Shown: piece by piece, positions 11,355 through 23,200 of the stretch
Layout: each line of letters starts with the position of its first letter
Position numbering within the stretch: the first letter of the stretch is position 1
Source: Azolla caroliniana
Lineage: Eukaryota > Plantae > Polypodiophyta
Assembly (NCBI GenBank): GCA_043228905.1
Contig: JBHGNT010000017.1
Location: 3,844,001 to 3,908,000 of the forward strand
Direction: 5' to 3'
Length of the DNA stretch: 64,000 bases
The notes under the pieces: model-generated
The model's input: only the letters and a program-made list of their open reading frames with translations
The model's database searches: none
What the model was told of the DNA's origin: nothing
Translations under genes and position numbers: made by a program

Positions 11355-14300
11355 CACATACACCACACACTATGGCCCTCTGGGCATCTTAAAGCTATGT
11401 ATGTTGGAGCTCCCATGTGATGCTATTAGGAAGTATGGGAGCACCAAGAAAAGACTACTAGAGGCACTAAGGTTGAAGTTGAAGGTGCAAGACATTGAAA
11501 ATGTCTGAATTGGAAAAAATCGCATTGCAAATATTAACATACCACCCCCAATGTTGGCCCTCGTTATTTGGTAAAAATGCCAGAACACATCCAATTGCAT
11601 CTCACTACAGTACATAAGTACATAACAAACACACATCATATGCATAATATGATATGTGGCAAACACCTTAAGTGTCTTTTACTCGTTATATTGCCTTGCT
11701 TTGTGTTCCACGTGCTATATTGCATACAATGTACGTCTACTATGTGTATATGATATCAAATGTCACCAATTCCCAAGGGCATTATGAACCATAGCAAATA
11801 TGTTGTTATATTATCGAATAGGCGCGCGATAATGACCATACCATTGAGTAGAGTGACACATTCTACCTATGTACCCAATATAGATAGAATAATGAAAATG
11901 TGTGTTTACATTTGCATGATTTGTTGCAAGTTTTCATGTACCAATGACAATGCACAAGAGGGATCGATTGGCTATAGGTATGATATGATACAAAACAATC
12001 TTTTGGGGATAGTGTGGATGTTCCGTTATTTTATTGAGCCACATTGCCAAGCACAACATGCATTAACATGCACCCAATGCTATCAAAGTTAGGGTGAGAG
12101 TGCTTCAATGGATCGATTATATTATACATAGTGAGGCAAAAGCAAAGACACTTGGTGATATTCTTGGGATCAAATGGGAAAGGCATATTTTCTTAACCAC
12201 ACACATGTTTATATTTCTTACAATTCGATAGTCAAAGTAGAGGGCCGACATAGGAAGATGTACTTATTGAGGTGGACATCCTCTACTTTGACTAATGAAT
12301 TCTAAGACATATAAACACGTGTGTGGATAGGAAAATATGCCTTGGTTGTCTCTACGATGCCAAGACCAATAAGTACCTCAATAATTACCTCCTCCTATGT
12401 TGGCCCTCATTGCCCGAATTTCTCCATCTTCGAAAACTATTACCAATCATATGATTAGTTAATATGATTCTCTTTTACAATGCATTTCCCAAATTTCTAT
12501 CAACCAAACTCTTGATCATGCACCCTTCTTGTCAAACGGTAAACCCCTCTCATCAGAACTTCAAACAATAATCATAAGCTCCAGGAGTTATCAATCTCAA
12601 AGAGCATCATCAATCAATGTATCCGACGTTATTGCACCTCTACATCATATGATATAGATGTCCTCTTAGCATCGTGGAATGAGGACTTTTTTATGATGTA
12701 CCATTATTATTGGCATAAGAATGATAACTCCATCTCTGCCTTAAAAATGAAGATATTGAACCTCACACATGACACTATGTATTGGGGGTTATTGCCAAGC
12801 AAGTTATACCGTACTGTGGTTTGATGTTATTTTGTGACAATACTCCTTTGTATTAATGTTATTTTGCCTCATGATTTATCAATGAAATGAAGGGCTAAAG
12901 ATCATGGGGATGGAATTGACCATTATTTCATCTTTGGTATCATCATTGTAGATACTTGAATTAGTGGTGTGATGGTTCCCATGGATATAATTTGAAGCAT
13001 ACTTCGGAAGCATATGTACATGGAGAAGGAAAAGCCTATTGAAGCTTCCGAGTGACACCATAATGATGGCAAGCAAGTGACGAGATGAATTAGAACTTAA
13101 GCATTTGAAAACTCTAAGAGCCAAAACATTTGGCTAAGTTAGTTTTTGTTAATCAATAAAATGTTGTTACTTTTATCTATCATGTTCCAAAGTATATACA
13201 TATGACTCACTTAAAATGATGGCGAGTGATGTGATCCTTCAAATGTGTTCTCTTTATGATCTATATCGTGAGGGGTAAGTGCTTGATTTTGTGAACTTGT
13301 AATTACAATTTTAAGGTCGAACCCTAACAAAAATGGTCAAGCAAGCATGAATTTTCTTACAGGATACTATGAGCACACATTAGTTATGAAGGCAACATGG
13401 TAGATGGGTTTACTTACAGTTACAATAATGCATTTTTGTATACTGAATTACCATACATACTTTTCGTTTCAAGTTAGGAGTTGTATGCACTTTAACATTA
13501 ATATAATTGAAGTGTGTATAGTGGGAGATCACTGCACTGGATTTTGGATCCAATGCGGAAAAAGTTAAGAAAATAAGTGATGCCTCAAAAGAGACATGAG
13601 GTCAAATTTCCCCATCCCAAAAAAGAGGGAGATATCAAGAAATTCCTACCAAAGATTCATCGTGAAGATGTGACAACCATATTAGTTCTCAAGTGACATA
13701 AGTTCGCTTTTGTAAATGATGAGAACCTTAAATGCAACTAAGTCTTAGTTTACACATCATTTACTTAAGCCCACATATATCCTTGGACTCAACTTATGTA
13801 TGTCATTGACAGGGAGTTGTGCATGGCACTACACATAAGAACTCATGTTGTGTCATATTTAATATTATGATAGGTCTATATGTTATAAATACGAAGATCA
13901 TTGCGTTTTTTATTCACATATAGGTTTGAGAGATTACTTGGTGGAACATATTCATTTAGTGTCATCCTTGTTAGTCTCACCCAACAAATGGCGAAATTGA
14001 GATCCATTGTAGACATTGTTTTAAAACATTCCAAATGGTCTATGTTTTTACAAAACTAAAATCTATCCAAGCACTTGAACTACTACTCTTAAACCAAACA
14101 ATATGTTTCTGATTATGATTTTAAAAACGATAACCCTATTTCCTACTAATATAAGCGTCTAGCACTCGAATTGGTGGTGAGATTTTTGCTAATTTAGATA
14201 CTCAAGTCAAATGCCATTAGTTGGCAAAGCGTAGAGCCATTAGGTGATGTTTTTAATATCAACATATTGATTTCAATTATTCATTCGTGTGATGGTTTCT

Positions 14301-17300
14301 CTTTCTCCTTCACTTCATGTTATAAATTCAATCATTTCCTGACCTATCCTATATTGTGACTTTTCCTCTCTTCATCGATACCGCCTTTTTTCTCTTGTCC
14401 CCATATAAGCAATCCTTAGGTCATGCATATGAACTTTATTTCACCATTGAACCTAGCATCAATAATTACAAACTTGCGATTTTCATATAAGTTGATGGGA
14501 GGTAATATATTTGAATATTGATTGATAATGGATGATTGGCTTGCTTTACTAACAATTATCTACATTTGGACTATTATGGCATTGAAATGGATTTTGTTGA
14601 CATGTATAAGGTGCTTTTGCATTCTTTAAGATATCATCATAAACCATGAGCATTCACATTGGACATAAGCACTTAGCCTAAGATAAAATCCGAAATGGCT
14701 AAATCATAAATTGACCAGATGCTAATAACTCATAAAATCACATGCTATTAAAGTTTATATGTAAAAAGAAAACGAAAAAGGGTTTAGATATGGGATCCCC
14801 TTTCATGGTTGTGGAAATCCATCTTTAATGCCTAGAGAATCCGGATTACAAGGAGATATCAAGAAAGTAAAGATACTAAAAATACGAGAAGGAAGAGAAA
14901 GATGACCAAGACATATGTATTTAAATGAGTTTTACGACTTGTTTGTAAAACGAGTGATGCTTGGTGGGGACATGCTATGTGGTGAACACATTTGAGTTAT
15001 GACAAATCTATAATGATAGGGGCCTCATTTAGGCATGTGCATTATTAATATGGTTTACTTTTGGTGAGCTAAGGGGGAGCGGGGGGAGATAGGTTTTTTG
15101 AGCATTGGAATTAAATTTCGACAATTTCATTATCATGCTTTGGATGATACATGTAATGGGGGAACAAATATGTGGCTTGACTCTCCACTAGAACTTGGTT
15201 TTTGGTGAATTAAAGCACAACTATCTTTTGAAACATGATTGTGGTTTTGGATTTGAACTAGTCATTCTAGAGGGAGGTGAGGGTAGGGATTCTTATTCGA
15301 AGTTGGGTAGTCATTAACTAGGGCTTTTTCACAAGTCGGTCACACTAATAGCTGCAGGTAAAGAAACGCGTTTTGTAGACACAAGATTCCTTTAGTGAAG
15401 AAAGGGGTACTTATTCTCGATGATGACAAGAGAGAAATTGAATGTAAAAAAGCATGGTCATAGCTATATGTTTCTATATATTTCTCCTGTTCGTTGCAAG
15501 GGTAAATGATTTAAATTCTCGTGTATGTCCTAACATGTTGCTTGGCTATAACAAGTGTTTCGTGGCATGTATCCTTTCCCCACCTTTCATGATGCGACAC
15601 CTTTTCCCTGCCTTTTTAGCGACATATCAGATTCTCTTCGTCCCCCAAAAAGGTATGCTTTTTGAGATGACTTTTTGATGGCCTTTCTCTTTCCCAAAAG
15701 AAAAGCAAGTGCAAAAGGCACTTTTTGTCCCCTCCATGACATACAAACAATAAATTTGAGATCATTTCAACAATACTTATATTTTTTGTACCATGGGAAA
15801 CCATCCCTAAAAGATTCACTTTCTTGCGACATGATAAACTTTGCGATTTATAGCTGTGATCTCATGTTGCTATAACACCCTCCACGTCAATAACACTCCC
15901 AGAGATTTTGCTCGCTGGCAAAAGGCATAGGAATTTCCTCACAAGGGAGTTTGTCTTTGTGTGTGTGCGTGCACGCACACACAAGTGTGACTTGGAATGC
16001 CTCAATGACATCTCTTTGGTCTACCCTTCAATAGAGAAAAACAACCACTAAACAATGTGAAGCCTTACCTTCAATAGATCACACACTAGCAAATGATCCA
16101 TATATTATATTATACTAGCACTCCAAACATTCGTGTCGTGTGTTCATAAATTTCGTTATAAAAGGTTTTGCACTATTTCTCTTAACATTCCAAGATGATG
16201 TCATATATGATTATTGCACTCAAAAGTCTCGCTTGCCTTTTCATTGTGATGATCTTGGAACGAAAGTAAGACAAGGATCCCCTTTATAACATGCTATCTT
16301 TCACTTTTGGCTCATCCATCAAATCAATTATTCACACCACATGTATCTTTAGCATTCAATACATCACCTCACTAGGGTACCTTCATAGCTTTACCATTAA
16401 TCAGACCCCTTGTGTTCTTGTATTCATATATTTTGTCCCACAATCACTTATTATGTCCCTTTATGTTGCACTTCTTTTTTATTTGGAGTACTTGGCTTAT
16501 TCGGTTCATAATGTCCTCCATGAGACATTATTATCTCATAGAATAAATATCACTTACTCATTATGTTCATACAATTTGCTTCACGCCATGATCTTTAGTT
16601 ATATTTCCATATTTCACAAAAAAAGAAAGCTTCAAGTAAGGATGAGAATCATCATGTAAAACAAAAGATATGTTTGTACAATTTCTAGAACTTCACCTCA
16701 TTCAAATTTTCTTTTCACATCTTCTATAATTTGCCTACACATAGCTTTGTTCATATATATGAATGACATGTTCTATTATCTGTCGAGACATAGTTTCATT
16801 CATGTATGTGAATGAATGCACACACTATTTGCGTGTTTTGTTTATTTCATTAGACTCTTACTTTGTTTTAATAAATCTATTTGTAAATGAATATAGCTCT
16901 AACGGATGACCATGATTGTTTTTCTCGCAACCAAATGCGCCTCTTACTCCTCTTTCTATGAACAAAACAAAATGACTCCAATTAAATCTTACGGGATCCA
17001 ACGACATTGTAAATATCTCTTAGTCAATTATTTCATGTTGAGTTACATGATTTTTTATGCTAATGGTGAAAACTATGTGAGTCCCTCATTTGATGTGTTT
17101 TTAGATGAAATCCAACAAAACACAGTTACACTACAATAAACAAATCCAAATTGAAGATCATTGCATAGGTCCTACTAGAAAGAAACTTAGCTCAAATCTA
17201 TATTTCTCATTATATGGAGTGGAAGAAATTTACATTAACTTGTACTAGAGAAATCATTTTAAGAAGCTTTAGGTTGTCCATGTCGGAAAAACTAAAAGCT

Positions 17301-17508
17301 TTAGGCTTCCTAAAGATTTAGGATAATGATAACGATCCAAAATTATAAGGTGGGTTTACAATTGTTGGTGACTCTTGAGATGGTTTTATGACCACTAAGT
17401 TCATAACTAATGTGTATGGGTGATGGTGTCAAATGTTTATTTTTGCGATAGAGCAAGGCAATGCTGGAGAGTACACTGACTACAACTAGGTGTCCTCACG
17501 TGGCTAGA

Positions 17509-17760
17509 ACATGATGAGCAATGATCTACATACTTTGGTGTTGGTTTGGCTCGTGTATCTTGTATGCAAGTAATCATGATCTTTGTTGTCTTTGACATTC
17601 AACAACTCACTTTTTGGCCATCTTGCAAGATAATAGTACATGATGAGCAATTATCTACATACTTTGGTGTTGGCATGTCTCATGTCGCTTGTATACAAGT
17701 ACTCATGATCTTCGTTGTCTTTGACATTCAACTACTCACTTTCACTTTTTGACCATCTAA
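17509..17760. repeat. Diverged two-copy tandem duplication, about 129-bp period
   Basis: TGATGAGCAA..ATCTACATACTTTGGTGTTGG... at 17512 and 17641. Confidence 0.85.
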
Positions 17761-18463
17761 TAAGCTAAGAGTAGAAAGGAATATGTAAATCACTACCACT
17801 ATAGGGTCTACACGTAAAAAGGGAAGAAAAAATTAAATTTGGAATTAGTAGACTTAGTCTCTTTTTAGACATCCATGATCATTGTTAAAATATAATAGAT
17901 GTGCTAATCCACAAGCCATTTCATAATTAAGGATGAAAGTACATATGAGATTATGGGCACACAAACTCCTGTTCATTAGTTTTGGCTATATAAACATGTA
18001 AAGATCCTCAATAGGAGTGAGAACATAAATACTTTAAACTAGTTGCTAGGATGCAATGCTTAAGTTCTCTCTCTTCTTTTTCATAAATAGTAATTGTATT
18101 AATTGCACAATGTACAATTACAAGAAATGGGGGTCATATACGAAATGCACTCCATCCAATTGTGCATTATATCCCTTATCACTTAGTTCCTCTAGGTGGA
18201 CCTATTCCATCATGTTACCCAACAACCAATGCAATTTAACTCATGATTTCTTATAATTCTACAAACATTTAACTCATATAAGGCTAGACCTTTGGAATTT
18301 GCCAACAAGGAGAACTATCATACCAAATGTATAACTTGCAAATGTGTCTTTGAACTCCATATTGAGCATAACAAACAAAAGCATTTTGCATATACTATTC
18401 ATTGTTATGTACCTGTAGTACGTAATGCACCCTCTAGTGACATCAACATTGGTGGCTAATATA

Positions 18464-18466
<3 letters not shown>

Positions 18467-18521
<55 letters not shown>
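18467..18521. repeat. (GT)n(GA)n compound microsatellite
   Basis: Directly visible. Confidence 0.9.
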
Positions 18522-18523
<2 letters not shown>

Positions 18524-19536
18524 CTATCATCGTATTCAATGAAACCCCACTTAAAAGGTGACAAAATACTTCATGTTATTGATGCTCAAATTTGTGATAT
18601 AACCACCCAAATGGCTTTAGCAATCGTGCATGTAATGAACCTATGTCTAATATCTTTGTTAACCCCTTTACAAAAAGAACATGTCCCATTCAAAATATGT
18701 TTTCGTTTTAAAGCCATCACCAAAGGAAACCCGCCGACCATCGCACACTAAAGAACCACTTTTGCATGAAATGGAAGGTCAGATTGCCATCTTGTATCTA
18801 AAACTCAACGCCACTGTGACTTTACATGTCGAATAATGTACCATGTACTATCCAAAACCAAATTTGCCAACCCATCTCTATCTTCCACCAACTTATGGTA
18901 TACATCATTAGTGTGAACCACAAATATTGATTTTCCAATACCAAATGGTATACATCATTAGTGTGTGCCATCATATCAGGTCTGCATTGACTACCTTAGG
19001 TATTGGGGGATATGGTTTAATTGGACCATATGAAATGGGTCCTTGTTTGATGGACTTCTTGGGATGACACAACAACTCTGTAGGATGAAATGGACATTAT
19101 CCCAAGATGAGGTAGAGTTATGTCATCTAGTATTATAACACTTGAGAGGGTTTACCTTGCCATATCGCTACTAATGAAGTAATGAAGATAGCAAGGGTTG
19201 TAATATCATCTTGTTTTAATAACAAACATACATTTACGAGATAGATAGATAGATTCTATTATCGTCTTCAGAGTTCAAATATGACCTATGAGACCAAAAA
19301 TATTACATTTCACGTGATACGTGTGAAAGTGAGTAACGACTCTCAATATTCATGCAAGGATTGGGCTTGGTCAAAGATATGTGGAAAGCATAGTCGAATA
19401 TGATCAAAGACAGAGCATTGTTTCAAAGACTTATGATACTTAGACTCTCAAACTTGTTTGAGGCAAAGTGTGCATAGCCGACCACTCTCATCACTTGTGC
19501 CCCAATGCCCCGTCTCACATCGCAATGCATGTGAGC

Positions 19537-19965
19537 TGTCAGGAATAGTACTAAAGCAGAGATGGAATTAGTACTAAGAAGAACAATACTATTAGTACTA
19601 AGAGGACGGGACTGCGTAAGATTCCCGAGAGAGAGGAAGTGAGAAGAGGAGAGAGAGAGAGAGAGAGGATGATGACAACAACTCTTATATTATATGAAAG
19701 ATAAGTACAAATTGGCTAAGAGGCTTAAGACTGGTGTTGAACCAATTTGGTTCAACATAATGCCTAGTGCCTTCTTTTATAGTGTTGTCAGGAGTAATCC
19801 TGAAACTTCTAGAATGTTCCAGAGAAATCTGGAATATACATTACTTTCTTATAATAAAACATAAATGAAAATAATATCCTATGAATTACAATAGATGGTG
19901 TGATGGTTAAGAGCTCGACCCATATACCATAAGGTCATGGGTTGGAGTCTTGCCATCTCATGACA
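19537..19965 (-). mobile_element. Solo LTR of the chromovirus family
   Basis: TG...CA termini, reverse-complement homologue of LTR 20222-20637, 5-bp TSD TGAGC (19532-19536, 19966-19970). Confidence 0.93.
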
Positions 19966-20221
19966 TGAGCTGAGTCACATGGAAGCAATGGTTCGAATGG
20001 CAGATAACGGGATGGGCTCTAAGATGTTCGAATGGTTTCCTTGTTCCACGAAGAATATGGTTTTGTACTTATGTGCAACATGTGTAGTATAATGTGTGAA
20101 GCGTGAGCCTCCACATTTGTCCCATGTCATGATACATTGGCATTGCAAAAATGCCTCATTTACATGAAGGAATCTAGTGATGCATCATGAAGCAAGTGTC
20201 TTGTATCCCATTTACTAAACC

Positions 20222-23200
20222 TGTCATGATATGGCAAGACTCCAACCCATGACCTTATGGTATATGGGTCGAGCTTTTAACCATCACACCATCTATTGTA
20301 ATTTGTAGAATATTATTTATGCTTTATTATAAGAAATTAATGTATATTCCAGATTTCTTTGGAACATTCTAGAAGCTTTAGGACTACTCCTAAGAACACT
20401 ATAAAAGGAGGCACAAGGCATTGTTTTGAACCAAATTGGTTCAACGCCAGTCTTAAGCCTCTTAGCCACTTTGTACTTATCCTTCACATAATATAGTAGT
20501 TGTTATCATTATCTCTCTCTCTCTCATCCTCGCTATCTCTCTCTCCTCTTCTCTCTTCCTCTCTCGGAAATCTTACGCAGTCCCGTCCTCTTAGTACTAA
20601 TAGTACTTCTCTCTCTGCTTTAGTACTATTCCTGACAGTTTGAACCAATTTTCCTCAAGCCTACTTGTCGTTCTCCCTCATCCTCCTACCCTTTTCCCTA
20701 TACTATGGCTACTGTTAGCGCCCAAGAATATCAATCCGTTTTCTCTGAGCTACAGTGCCTAAAAGAAAAATTTATTGCCTTGGAACAAGAAAACCAACGA
20801 CTGATAGGGGATCTACAACAAATTGCTCTAGAAAAACAACAAACGTAGCAACAACATGGGGAGTTAGCGTTATGGGTACAACAACTCGAAGCAGCATTGC
20901 AACAACAAGGATCAAATCCCCAAGGATTTCATAAAGAGCCGAAGATTGGACTTCCTGTGAAATTTGATGGAACGCGATCACAATTCAGGGGATTCCTTAA
21001 TTAGGTACGATTAGTCATCCAAATGCATCCTTCCCGATACCCCACTAATGCATCCCGAGTCGGCCTAATAGGCACGTTGCTTACCAGCTCAGCCTTAGCA
21101 TGGTTCGCCCCGCTTCTAGAAAAACAATCGCCCTTGCTTAATAACTTTGAAGATTTTATTAGTGAGTTTAAAGCCTGCTTTGGAGACACCGACAACATCA
21201 GGATGACGATCAACAAGATCCGACGATTGCGTCAAGGCGATCGTCCAGCCTCTGCCTACGTGGCAGATTTCCGTCTACTCGCCTCAGATATCCACTGGGA
21301 TGATCAGGCACTAATGGAGCAGTTTCGCTACGGCCTGCGAAACGATGTAAAAGATCTACTTCTAACATTCCCCGAAGAACCAAAGTCTCTTACGGAGGCA
21401 ATCAGTCGAGCAGTCCGATGTGACAACAACCTTTTCGAACGACGTTCGGAACGTTAATTACAAATACCACGCTCTAGGCCGGAGCCCACATACGCGTCAG
21501 TCGTGGCTAAACTGTTCGCACGCGACGTACCTCAAGAAAATACTCCGACACCGATGGAGATTGACACCATGCGTCGACGTGGCCCGTTATCGGAAGAAGA
21601 AAAGCAACGACACCGTGCAAATTGATTATGTCTTTATTGCGGTGGACCAGGGCATATTGCAATCAATTGTCCCCATAGGCCAAGAAGACAGGTAAATCAA
21701 ATTGTAGCTTGTACTAAACCCGAGTCAATTCTTCCCTTAGGAGTGTCTGATAGTATTAATAGTACTAATAGCCCAAGTATCTCAAACAAATTTGAAATCC
21801 TTAGTCAATTAGATGAAGAGTTTAACGATTGAGTCCATCCAAAATAGGAGCCGTTTGGTTGGATAGTCCTAGATCTGTACAACCCATTAGTGGTTCCATT
21901 CCCTCCAAGCAAGTTAGGCAAGTTAGCAATGTGTTCCTAGACCAAGTCATGGTTAGTACTAAAAGTACTCCCCCAATACAAGTCCTAGCACTTTTAAATT
22001 CCGGAGCCAATTCTTGTTTCATGGATCGAAATTTTGCCCAAGCTTCTCAAATATCCTTAAGAAAACTTCCTTGCCCCGCATCTGTAGTAGTCATTGATGG
22101 TCGTCCCATTGCTTTCGGGAATATTGTAGAAGAATCAAAACCCATTCAGGTTGTCCTAGGTAGTTTTGTGTGTGTAGTATCATTTAATATAACTAGTAGT
22201 CCAGAGCATCCCATTGTCCTGGGATTACCTTGGTTTGAACTACATAATCCAGACATAGATTGGAGAACAAGAGAAGTCTGATATCGACAACCCCAAGAAT
22301 CTACTCATCGAATTTCGACCATTTCCCTACGTCAACTATGCGAAGGACACAAGGAGACAATGTTCCTATTTTCCATATCAGTACATCCTTCCAACAATAT
22401 TAAGGAGGAATCCTTAGTGCAACTTCCAGCGAAATATCATCCTTATGCCGACGTATTTGACAAGGTAAAAGCCGGTACTCTTCCTCATCATCGTCCCTAC
22501 GATTGTCCCATCGATTTACAACTAGGAGCAGAGCCACCATGGGGACCAATCTACAACTTGTCACCCACCGAGTTAGAAGTCCTTCGAGCCTACATAGAGG
22601 AGAACTTGGCAAGCGGGTTTATTCGTCATTCGAAATCTCCGGCCGGAGCACCCATCTTCTTTGTCAAGAAGAAAGATGGCTCACTTTGTCTCGTCGTTGA
22701 TTACCGCGGCTTAAATAAGGTCACCATCCGGAATAGGTATGCACTTCCTCTTATATCAAGTCTTTTAGAGCGAGTTAATGGTGCCAAGTTTTTTACAAAA
22801 ATCGATCTACGAGGAGCGTATAACCTCGTGTGGATCCGACCGGGAGATGAATGGAAGACCGCCTTTTGCACACGGTATGGGCATTTCGAATATACTGTTA
22901 TGCCATTCAGTCTAACCAATGCACCCGCAGTCTTCCAACACATGACAAATGATATATTTAGAGACCTCTTGGATATCTGTTTGATCATCTATTTGGATGA
23001 TCTATTGATTTATTCAAAGACTCAGGAAGAGCATGATTCTCATGTACTATTAGTACTAAACCGACTCCGCGAGAATGGTCTTTATGCCAAGCTAGAAAAA
23101 TGTAGCTTTGACTGCAAGCAAGTGGAATTTCTATGCTACGTTATCTCCTCAAAGGGCATCTCCATGGATCTAGCTAAAATCCAAACTGTGCTAGAGTGGC

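Noticed and set aside
11400-19230. Short ORFs and faint retroelement-like traces upstream of Aux/IAA
   Set aside because: No motif or terminal structure was strong enough to call by eye.
21818-21832. Possible -1 frameshift site at the chromovirus gag/pol junction (GAG TTT AAC GAT TGA)
   Set aside because: Pol is in the -1 frame, but the heptamer is non-canonical and the -1 frame has TAA at 21823. It cannot be supported from this decayed copy.
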